The notes under the pieces: model-generated
Seen by the model: the letters and a program-made list of their open reading frames with translations, nothing else
Databases searched by the model: none
Told to the model about the DNA's origin: nothing
Assembly: GCA_963819815.1 (NCBI GenBank)
Contig: CAWFXL010000001.1
Span: 800,001 to 864,000, forward strand
DNA length: 64,000 nucleotides
Direction of reading: 5' to 3'
DNA from: an uncultured bacterium
GTDB taxonomy: Bacteria > Babelota > Babeliae > Babelales > Babelaceae
Shown here: one piece after another, positions 9,916 to 22,535 of the stretch
How positions within the stretch are numbered: the first letter of the stretch is position 1
Layout: each line of letters starts with the position of its first letter
Translations under genes and position numbers: made by a program

Positions 9916-10399
9916 GTTCAGACTCCTTGCTAACTACTAATCGTTGAGTAAGCATCCCCGAGAAAGTACTGAGACTATGATAGTAGCGAGATAACCTATT
10001 ACTGCGATCATCAAATATCTTATGTTTTTCAGAACTATTCAGCCAACATCTATCAGCAAACAGAAGCATCCCCGACTCAAAGAGCTCAACAAGAGCATCT
10101 ACTTCTTTTGGCGATAACATTTTCTCCCGGTACATCCAACCGATTAGTTCACCAAGAGCATTCTCGGGATTACTTCCCTCTTTCTTACTCAGATCAGAGC
10201 CGGTATACATAGATAGCAGAAGTTCGCGCAGCGTTGACTGACACTGCCAAAACGCATGAATCCGCGCCTCTAAAATTATGTTTCGGGTAACTGGATTCTT
10301 CGAAGCACGTGGAGCTAACGGTCCAAAGTGCTCTTGAAGACGTGCTAACTGATAATTAAAGTCTTCAAAGAGGCGCATATCAATTTTAAAGATGGCCAT
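9902..10399 (-). CDS. HEPN/HI0074-like protein, A-type copy 2
   Basis: Clear paralog of 8802..9326. Confidence 0.6.
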   Translation of the reverse strand: MAIFKIDMRLFEDFNYQLARLQEHFGPLAPRASKNPVTRNIILEARIHAFWQCQSTLRELLLSMYTGSDLSKKEGSNPENALGELIGWMYREKMLSPKEVDALVELFESGMLLFADRCWLNSSEKHKIFDDRSNRLSRYYHSLSTFSGMLTQRLVVSKESEHART

Positions 10400-10411
10400 G
10401 GCGTATCCTTA

Positions 10412-10864
10412 TTAGAGGGCTGCTTCGAGTCCTGCCCTGGTAACTGGCATAATCGTTTGGAACCCAATAAACTTTTCCACAAAATCACACATACGAGGAA
10501 TATCTTTTAACAGATCATCATTTGAGCCATCAAAACCTTGGTCATAGTAGCTCAAACTTGCATAGATCATACTCATCTGAATCACCATCCGCTCATCATC
10601 AACAGTAAGCACATTGCATCTGCGACATCGGTTGATAATATTTTCCATGCCGAGCGACTCTTTTTCAGGGCTCAAACGTGATATCAAATAATTAAGAAAA
10701 GCAAAATACAGAACACAGTACCGACGTGCAACTGCAAAACGGTATACTTTAGTTCCGCCGTAGAGTCCGGTTGTCTCCTGCTTAAATAAAGAGCGTAATT
10801 TTAAGAGTGAGCTTTGCGCTTGTAATACCTGAAATTCATAAGAATCGTTAATGACCTTCGTCAT
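10412..10864 (-). CDS. HEPN/HI0074-like protein, B-type copy 1
   Basis: YRFAVARRY...FLNYL; DDERMVIQM...SYYD...IP.M pattern of nucleotidyltransferase substrate-binding proteins. Confidence 0.6.
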   Translation of the reverse strand: MTKVINDSYEFQVLQAQSSLLKLRSLFKQETTGLYGGTKVYRFAVARRYCVLYFAFLNYLISRLSPEKESLGMENIINRCRRCNVLTVDDERMVIQMSMIYASLSYYDQGFDGSNDDLLKDIPRMCDFVEKFIGFQTIMPVTRAGLEAAL

Positions 10865-11339
10865 TTTTCTCCTCGTAATCTAGTAGGGTACACTGAGAAC
10901 TTACTTCATGTAGGAGACTACTCATGTTTCTATAATGTAAGGATATTTCCTGGATACCTCCATCAAATATACGGCGGTCTTCGTCAGACTCTAACCAGTT
11001 TCTATCAAGCGTTAAAAATTCTGCTAACTCAAGTTGGTTCAACAAGCTATGGGCCTGCTCATCATCAATAATATCGAGCATACATAACGTAATCACACCG
11101 GTTTCAATATCCCTGGGCATATCATCCTCAGCATTCTGAGTATGGATATCACCTATCATATTTCTCAACACATCGGACGTACGAACAAATGAAAATATTT
11201 GGGCATCTCGGACGAGCGCCCTATAGATGGGATCCTTCTGGAGTACATTAACTGAAAGCACATCATTCAATTCAAATAAAGACTTGCACAAGTCTTCAAT
11301 AACATCACCATGAACAACCACTGCATCTTCTCCAAACAC
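10848..11339 (-). CDS. HEPN/HI0074-like protein, A-type copy 1 (probable start GTG ~11321)
   Basis: RDAQIFSFVRTSDVL resembles HI0074 RDxxIQRFExxxE; GGAG 8 nt before the GTG. Confidence 0.6.
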   Translation of the reverse strand: MFGEDAVVVHGDVIEDLCKSLFELNDVLSVNVLQKDPIYRALVRDAQIFSFVRTSDVLRNMIGDIHTQNAEDDMPRDIETGVITLCMLDIIDDEQAHSLLNQLELAEFLTLDRNWLESDEDRRIFDGGIQEISLHYRNMSSLLHEVSSQCTLLDYEEKNDEGH

Positions 11340-11343
11340 TATG

Positions 11344-11376
11344 AAAAGACCCCAGCCTTACATAGCTGAGGTCCTT
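11344..11376 (-). terminator. Intrinsic terminator after 5S rRNA
   Basis: GACCTCAGC-loop-GCTGGGGTC followed by only TTTT. Confidence 0.7.
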
Positions 11377-11386
11377 CTAAGTTTAA

Positions 11387-11502
11387 CCCTGGCAGTACCT
11401 ACTTTTCCAGGCCGTCACCAGCCAAGTATCATCGGCGCTGTAGACTTAACTTCCGTATTCGGAATGGGAACGGGTGTTTCCCTACAGCTATACCCACCAG
11501 GA
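11387..11502 (-). rRNA. rrf: 5S rRNA
   Basis: Reverse complement contains CCCGTTCCCATTCCGAATACGGAAGTTAAG; terminal helix CCTGGTG/TGCCAGG. Confidence 0.95.
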
Positions 11503-11612
11503 AATTTTCTATGATCATATGTCAAAAGTTTATCTTGCGGATGAAATATTTGTAGAACATGTATATACTTTAATTACTTACATCTCTATAAGGTATGTCT
11601 AATAATATTAAA

Positions 11613-14637
<3,025 letters not shown>

Positions 14638-14791
14638 AAATTTAGCTAGTTACCCATATTAGCTTAAGTACTTAATTTACAAATATTTCAAAGAACACAA
14701 GAAATTTTTTATCACTACAATAATTTCATATAATACTACGAAAATTTTATCAAAATACTTACTAAGAATACATTCTAAAATCAGCTATTAT

Positions 14792-14867
14792 TGGTGGAGA
14801 TGAGCGGATTCGAACCGCTGACCTTCCGCGTGCAAAACGGACGCTCTACCAACTGAGCTACACCCCC
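14792..14867 (-). tRNA. tRNA-Ala(UGC)
   Basis: GGGGGTG...TT TGC AC...TTCGAAT...CATCTCCACCA with G3:U70. Confidence 0.97.
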
Positions 14868-14925
14868 TATAATTTCATCAGAATAAACTCTATAGCCTAC
14901 AGTCAACCAATCATACAAATTTTAT

Positions 14926-15002
14926 TGGTGGGCCTAAGTCGACTCGAACGACTGACCTCCCCGTTATCAGCGGGGTGCTCTAACCACCTGAGCTATAGGC
15001 CC
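14926..15002 (-). tRNA. tRNA-Ile(GAU)
   Basis: GGGCCTA...CT GAT AA...TAGGCCCACCA cloverleaf. Confidence 0.97.
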
Positions 15003-15096
15003 ATGAATCTGAAGCCTACCAGCTTCTATATAGAACTCCATTTAATACACACCTTATATAGAACAAGCTATAAATGCTGTTCAGATTATCTCCCTC

Positions 15097-16646
<1,550 letters not shown>

Positions 16647-16909
16647 AAAATTGTGTTTTAGAGTTCGTTGATCTCAAGCTCAAAGGTTTTTTTGGAATTT
16701 TCGTATATTTCAAAGAAATAATTTTTTAACGATGCCAAAGCAGGCAATATTCTCAAAAGATATTACCCTTCAATGCATCTGGTAAATTTCAGAAATTTTT
16801 TACCCACTACTACTACAAGATATGAACTTAATTATATATAAAAAAACAATGATTTCAAGTTTTTGTTTCTGAGCTGAAACGTGATTCCGAATACGTCAAC
16901 TTGATTCTT

Positions 16910-16937
16910 ATTGTAACATCTTTAACAGGACTGTCAA
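16910..16937 (-). promoter_or_regulatory. rRNA promoter, proximal
   Basis: TTGACA-N16-TACAAT. Confidence 0.8.
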
Positions 16938-17067
16938 CATTATTTCCATATCCTAAAAAGCTTGATCCAGACAGACAAAATGCAAAAACACCTGTGCAGG
17001 TTTGCAAAAAACTTTTGCCTTTGGACGACTTAGGGATAGCAAGCTTGTAGGTATATTTTTTATTCTT

Positions 17068-17095
17068 ATTGTAATAAGTTTATTTGAAATGTCAA
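17068..17095 (-). promoter_or_regulatory. rRNA promoter, distal
   Basis: TTGACA-N16-TACAAT, 158 bp upstream of the proximal copy. Confidence 0.8.
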
Positions 17096-17280
17096 CATTT
17101 CTTTTCGTGGATTAAAAGTTCGATCCAGAGGCAACAAGTGTTATTAGGCATTCCAAAACAATATATAGCTGGCACGGGTCGTCACAGTCTAGCTAAATAT
17201 ACGTTCCACAAAGATATCAACTATGGGGACCTTTAATCAAAGGACAATGTTTTCTACTTTAAAGCTTTATCTCAAACTCA

Positions 17281-19125
17281 TTACTTGAGTAAATCCTGGA
17301 ATCGACCGGTATTAATTTGGGCCTCGCAATAGAGATCTTCATATAAACGATCAAAGATATAAGCACCAAGACGTAATCCTAAAACTACTTTCTTTCGTTG
17401 CTCTGGATCGTCCATACATGGCTCAATGATTTTAAAGAACTCTTCGGCATGGATCTTATCAATGTCCGCATGAAGATTATAGTGCACTAAATCATCTTTC
17501 TTTACCCAACCGCGTCTAACTACCATTTCTGCAAGTAACGCGGAAATATCAGCAAATGCATATTCAATAATTCCATCACAGGCGATCGCAACAATTGGAT
17601 CTTCATGGGAGCAGGTGCCCATCAAGGTAGAGTTGAACATTGTTACCGATGATGCTGGTAACAACTTTTGCATATACTCATTCGTTACCCCAATAGTACT
17701 TAAAAACTTTTTGAAGGTGTTTGAATGGTATGCTTCTTTATTGAAATCACCATGTTCTTCCACGATATTGTGAATAATATCAATTCTAGACTCATGCAAT
17801 GGCAAGCGGGCTACCAAAGCAGCCATGGGTCGAGAAAAATAATCAACCGCATAGAAAAACTGCGCTTGAGCAGATTTAAATGTTTCCTTATCCATAGTTG
17901 ATAAATCTTTAAAGAATGAACCCTCAATAACTGGAATTTCTTGCAATGTAGCATCCGCAAGTTCTTTGACTCGTGGAGCTAAAGGAGCTTTAGGCTTACA
18001 TCCGAGGAAAAAGTTTCGATAAAAGAAGCTTCTATCAGTATCTGAAAATTCTTGTGATGCCTTTAGATCCCACGTAAACATTGATCCAATCTTTGGTATA
18101 TCAATATTTGAATTCAGCTGACGAATAATAATAACGCCACCCGGCTTTAATGCACGGTAGGCAAGCTGCAATGTTTTTTCCGCTTCCTTAGGCGTTAGCC
18201 AATCGAGGATATTTGATACATGAATTACTTCATACTGTTCAGCTTTTGCACCTTCTAAAAAGTTATTCATCAATCCTTGATAATAGGCAATGGGAGGAAG
18301 TGGTCGAATCTGTGACGCCGAAAGCCATGGGAACATAACATCCCCGTGAAAATGGCCCAACAACAAATGAGCTAACCAGGGTGATGAGGATGCTAAATGG
18401 TGCGAAACGTACCGGCGAATTCTTTGAGCAAAGTGGCGAGAAAAGTCCTGAACCCTATTTGCCGTCGCTTTTTCTCCAAATAATTTTACCAAATTATCTT
18501 GAGACATAATCTTATCAAGTCCTGTATCTAGTGCCGATCCTAAGGGAGATTGGGGGGCAAGCATTTTCACCTGATCATCAATAGTAGTGGCGGTAAAAAG
18601 AGCTTCTAGTTCTTTTTTATAGGGAGCAAGTTCATTACGCAAAGCCTCAAAAACCTTTTCATAACGGCCTTCATTATCAAATCCATTGTGCGCAATTTGT
18701 GCCATATCTCCAAAAATTATTGGATTAATATCAAGAGCTTGTAAGTAACCTTGAGTAATAGTTGCACGTTCGGCTGCAGGCAAAGGAAGATACCCCAGAA
18801 TTTCTAATCTTTTTTTCGGAGGAAGAAAAAGTAATTGTATCTTTAATTTTGATAGTGCCAACTGTGCTGGATTTGGATCAACCAGCGTTAAATCCTTAAG
18901 AGGTGCTTGGGCAGCAAGCAATGCGGCGGTGCAACCACCTGATGCCACCATAGCCATAGAAACCGTTTGTTCAGGGAAATATCGTTTTATTATAGCTAGA
19001 TCTTGTACAGAGTCTTCCCGGACAATAGAAAATGCTATAGGTTGTTTACAGGCCTGTTCAGCATAGTTTGCATATACAAAGTTACCTAACAAACAGGGTA
19101 GCGCTAGTGTAATTATTCTTTTCAT
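17281..19125 (-). CDS. DUF3419/BtaA-like SAM-dependent transferase fused to a heme-oxygenase-like (PqqC/TenA/CADD-type) diiron domain
   Basis: VASGGCTA, VDPNPAQL, SNILDW in the N-part; EEHG..H, IIE, HADIDKIH in the C-part; signal-like N-terminus. Confidence 0.75.
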   Translation of the reverse strand: MKRIITLALPCLLGNFVYANYAEQACKQPIAFSIVREDSVQDLAIIKRYFPEQTVSMAMVASGGCTAALLAAQAPLKDLTLVDPNPAQLALSKLKIQLLFLPPKKRLEILGYLPLPAAERATITQGYLQALDINPIIFGDMAQIAHNGFDNEGRYEKVFEALRNELAPYKKELEALFTATTIDDQVKMLAPQSPLGSALDTGLDKIMSQDNLVKLFGEKATANRVQDFSRHFAQRIRRYVSHHLASSSPWLAHLLLGHFHGDVMFPWLSASQIRPLPPIAYYQGLMNNFLEGAKAEQYEVIHVSNILDWLTPKEAEKTLQLAYRALKPGGVIIIRQLNSNIDIPKIGSMFTWDLKASQEFSDTDRSFFYRNFFLGCKPKAPLAPRVKELADATLQEIPVIEGSFFKDLSTMDKETFKSAQAQFFYAVDYFSRPMAALVARLPLHESRIDIIHNIVEEHGDFNKEAYHSNTFKKFLSTIGVTNEYMQKLLPASSVTMFNSTLMGTCSHEDPIVAIACDGIIEYAFADISALLAEMVVRRGWVKKDDLVHYNLHADIDKIHAEEFFKIIEPCMDDPEQRKKVVLGLRLGAYIFDRLYEDLYCEAQINTGRFQDLLK

Positions 19126-19136
19126 AGTTCATCCTC

Positions 19137-20105
19137 TTAAATTTGGTCTGAAGTTAAGCAGTTAAAGTCAACGGTATCCATACCATAACTCACTATTTGT
19201 GCCGTTGATGATGGATGCCCCAGTAGCTCCTTAAAGTCATTATCAAGAGGTGTTCCCTCGACTGCACAAACCATGTGGGTGGCTCCTTCCTGGGGATCAT
19301 ATGTGGCCATTCCCGGCTTAATATGCAACAATTTCCAAGGACGTGTTTCGCCCGTTAGTTTATTCTTGATCACATAATCTTTATTGCCAGATGTTGATAT
19401 CGTCCCAATTGATGCATTCTCGTTCAAATAGCCCGAGCGCTTATAACTTTTTTCAAGTGCACTCCTATGTTCGAGAGCCTGTTCATAAGAAAGATTATAT
19501 AAATTGAGTGTTTCGGTTTTCATTCCAGCAATTTTGCCATGCTTTTTAAAAATTGAAGCTGCTCGAGGATCCCCATCTGCAGGATTCATACAAATTGCAA
19601 AACCTCGTGGACATTGTATAAAACGAACAAGTCCATTTTTATGTGCCATCGTGGTAGGCAAATGTTCACCTTGATATTTTTCATTCACTTTTAAATCGCA
19701 CATATACCAAGCACGTAATGGCCGATTGTCCTTATCTTTTAGAATTCTTAATACGCAGCAACCCACAGCAGCAATCTCACCGGTCATCTGTTGCACCGTC
19801 ACTTCTTGCTCTTGTACTTTTTTAGTAACTGCTTTTTCTTGTTTTGCTGTTGCAACGTAATAATATGGCTTACCTAGCTGTTTGAAGAATGCAAAATAAT
19901 CACCTTTCAGTCCATGCTGAATCGTAAATTCTTCTTGATCACTGAACGGATACGCAAATGTCTTTTCAAATTGCTGTAACTGAGTAATGACTTCAGGGGA
20001 TAGATTATCAGTAGGTACTTGTCTGATATCAAAGCCATTGTTGGGAAATAACCCAATGAACGCTGCTGCCAATAATTTAAAAAGTATAATCAAATTCATA
20101 TTCAA
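19137..20105 (-). CDS. GNAT-like N-acyltransferase
   Basis: AWYMCDLKVNEKYQGEHL motif A; 11 nt upstream of the fusion gene. Confidence 0.6.
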   Translation of the reverse strand: MNMNLIILFKLLAAAFIGLFPNNGFDIRQVPTDNLSPEVITQLQQFEKTFAYPFSDQEEFTIQHGLKGDYFAFFKQLGKPYYYVATAKQEKAVTKKVQEQEVTVQQMTGEIAAVGCCVLRILKDKDNRPLRAWYMCDLKVNEKYQGEHLPTTMAHKNGLVRFIQCPRGFAICMNPADGDPRAASIFKKHGKIAGMKTETLNLYNLSYEQALEHRSALEKSYKRSGYLNENASIGTISTSGNKDYVIKNKLTGETRPWKLLHIKPGMATYDPQEGATHMVCAVEGTPLDNDFKELLGHPSSTAQIVSYGMDTVDFNCLTSDQI

Positions 20106-20508
20106 TCCTTTCTCACATAGAGGTCAGAGGTACATCACTTGATATTTAGATTAGCCATCACATATGCCGTGAAAGCATTTCTATCACGCAAAATCCTCTT
20201 GTATAAAAGTATAGATAATTAATAAAATATATCAATTGGAAAATATTTGGGAGGGCTTTGCATAAAGTTTCTTCTAATTTGTCATATATAGGTTTAGCTT
20301 GTTTTGCTTTGTCCGACCCACTTTAAACTAAGGATATTGATATGGATGGTAAAGGCAACTGGTGCCCTGGTTCATACCATAGGTATCCAGGCAACATGAA
20401 TTGTTCATATTTCTGGTAAAGTGATATGTTCCGCTTTTTTTAGCCTCAATAGCCATCATGGCTCGCTGCACCCTATGCCAAATGGAAATGGGCTAAAGCA
20501 GGCGTCAC

Positions 20509-20567
20509 AATATAAACTTTCTTGAAATTATTACGAAATGCGTCATAATATAAAGGAAACTTATATT
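20509..20567 (+). promoter_or_regulatory. Imperfect inverted repeat over the abiE promoter (likely AbiEi operator)
   Basis: 20511-20535 vs 20541-20565 match at 19/25 as an inverted repeat; overlaps TTGAAA-N16-CATAAT. Confidence 0.7.
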
Positions 20568-20582
20568 ATGATAGGATAAAGT

Positions 20583-21347
20583 ATGGAATACAGATTTATC
20601 AAGCATTTAACGGAGCAGGGGGTGCGTCTCTTCACGACAGAACAGGCACGAGTCTATGCTAAACAGGTAGGTTTGGATGAGAGTACTATTACACCTCGAT
20701 TGTATCGGTTACACAAAAAGGGGCTTATAGAGCGGGTTATGAAGGGTCTTTACTGTCTAGCACCTGAATTTTTGGGAGGAATACCTCTTCATGAATACGA
20801 AATAGCCACAGCACTGACAACGCCAAGCTGCATAGCCTATTTCTCGGCGTACAGTTATCACAAGCTTACCGATCAAATAAGCTCAACTATCTATATCCTT
20901 GCACCTGATACTCCCAATACACCTCATTCCTATAACAGCTACAAGATAAAAGGTATTACCTACAAAATTCTTCGGACCCAAGAAGAGCACTTTTTTGGAT
21001 ATGAAAAACAATGGGTGAACCAAGTACTTATACCTATCACCGATCGAGAGCGCACTCTGATCGATGGTCTCATAAGACCTGATTATTGTGGTGGGTTTAG
21101 AGAAGTACTGGATGCCTACTCGCAAGCTATTAATACACTTGATATACAAAAAATAATCTCGTATGCTCAAAGAATAAACAACGCCACCTGTAAGAGGCTC
21201 GGATGGATACTGAGCACTCTCGAAATTGAAGACCGTCTTCTTACTCCCTTACTTACAAGATCCTCACCAAGTTATTCAAAACTCAATCCATCTGGCCCTC
21301 AAAAGGGGATCTGGAACAAAAAATGGCATATCTTGGAGAATCTATGA
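20583..21347 (+). CDS. abiEi: AbiEi type IV TA antitoxin / transcriptional regulator
   Basis: wHTH with GLIERVMKGLY, SAYSYHKLTDQI, TDRERTLID, KRLGW. Confidence 0.88.
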   Translation: MEYRFIKHLTEQGVRLFTTEQARVYAKQVGLDESTITPRLYRLHKKGLIERVMKGLYCLAPEFLGGIPLHEYEIATALTTPSCIAYFSAYSYHKLTDQISSTIYILAPDTPNTPHSYNSYKIKGITYKILRTQEEHFFGYEKQWVNQVLIPITDRERTLIDGLIRPDYCGGFREVLDAYSQAINTLDIQKIISYAQRINNATCKRLGWILSTLEIEDRLLTPLLTRSSPSYSKLNPSGPQKGIWNKKWHILENL

Positions 21348-22258
21348 CACGCCTTTATGATCGATTACAAGCACTTCGCAGAGAAAAGAATGTAAGCTGG
21401 GAACTTCTTGAGCAAGACTACCTATTATCCTGGATGTTAGCCGGCATTGCTGCAACGCCTGAACTCAAAAAACTTTTAGTCTTTAAAGGAGGAACAGCTC
21501 TTAAGAAGATGTATTTCGGAGACTATAGGTTTTCTCAAGATCTTGATTTCTCTGTCTTAGAAGTCCTACCTGAGGATATCGCTCTTGAAAACCTCATACA
21601 AGAAGCTTGCCATAATGCACAGATATTACAGGGCAAACATGGATACCCATTGAAAATTAGTAGTCAGTGGTACACCGAAAAAAAACCGCATCCTGAAGGA
21701 CAAAAAGCCCTGAGCATCTTAGCACAGTTTCCCTGGCACAGAGACTCCCAAACACGCATCATGATTGAAATAACGATGCAAGAGACTATTATATTACCAC
21801 CTGTAGAAAGGATCATCCTTCATCATGGATATAGTGAAGTACTCACCGGATCCCTCACTGTCTATACCTTAGAAGAGGTAATCGCTGAAAAATGTAGGAC
21901 GATCTTGCAGTATGCGATGAAGCTTCATGAACGAGGATGGGCTCGTTCTCGAGCGCGTGATTATTATGACTTATGGAGCATCCTAACAATGTACAAACAG
22001 CATTTGGATCTTTCAATAATCCCCCATATGGTTATAAAAAAATGTCACTATAAGGATATTGTCTTCTCAGGACCATCAGATCTTTTTACCCCAGTTCTAC
22101 TCGATGATCTCGAAACCGCCTGGGAGCATTGGCTAGGTCCCATCGTGCCCTTTCTTCCCGAGAAAAATAAAATGCTTGGGGAGCTGCGACAGGAGCTTGA
22201 TGTAATCTGGAGCAGATTTTCGCAGTCCAGTAAAGAAGAGAGCCAACAGCAATTGTAA
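21344..22258 (+). CDS. abiEii: AbiEii nucleotidyltransferase toxin
   Basis: LEQDY, FKGGTALKK, RFSQDLDF, AEK, RARDYYDL; ATGA overlap with abiEi. Confidence 0.92.
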   Translation: MTRLYDRLQALRREKNVSWELLEQDYLLSWMLAGIAATPELKKLLVFKGGTALKKMYFGDYRFSQDLDFSVLEVLPEDIALENLIQEACHNAQILQGKHGYPLKISSQWYTEKKPHPEGQKALSILAQFPWHRDSQTRIMIEITMQETIILPPVERIILHHGYSEVLTGSLTVYTLEEVIAEKCRTILQYAMKLHERGWARSRARDYYDLWSILTMYKQHLDLSIIPHMVIKKCHYKDIVFSGPSDLFTPVLLDDLETAWEHWLGPIVPFLPEKNKMLGELRQELDVIWSRFSQSSKEESQQQL

Positions 22259-22535
22259 TGTGACGGACTCACACTGGTCAAAACTTTCGCATTTATAATT
22301 TCCGCAGTAAGCTAAAAGCGCCTTACGTAAAATATAGTTTTTACTCTTACTGCGGAAAACTTTGTGTTTCACGCCATCTATTGCTGAGCATAAATATTTT
22401 AAATAAATGAAGCGTAGAGCCAGAGAACGTAAGCTGCCTTAATTGCTGATTCAATTCCTAGATTTTATCAACTTCTGTTGTGGGTTAAAGTGGTCAGAGC
22501 AACCCCCAGGAGCGATACACGTTGAAACTTTGATT

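Noticed and set aside
20200..20500. Possible gene remnant upstream of abiEi
   Set aside because: Only short open stretches with no recognisable motif
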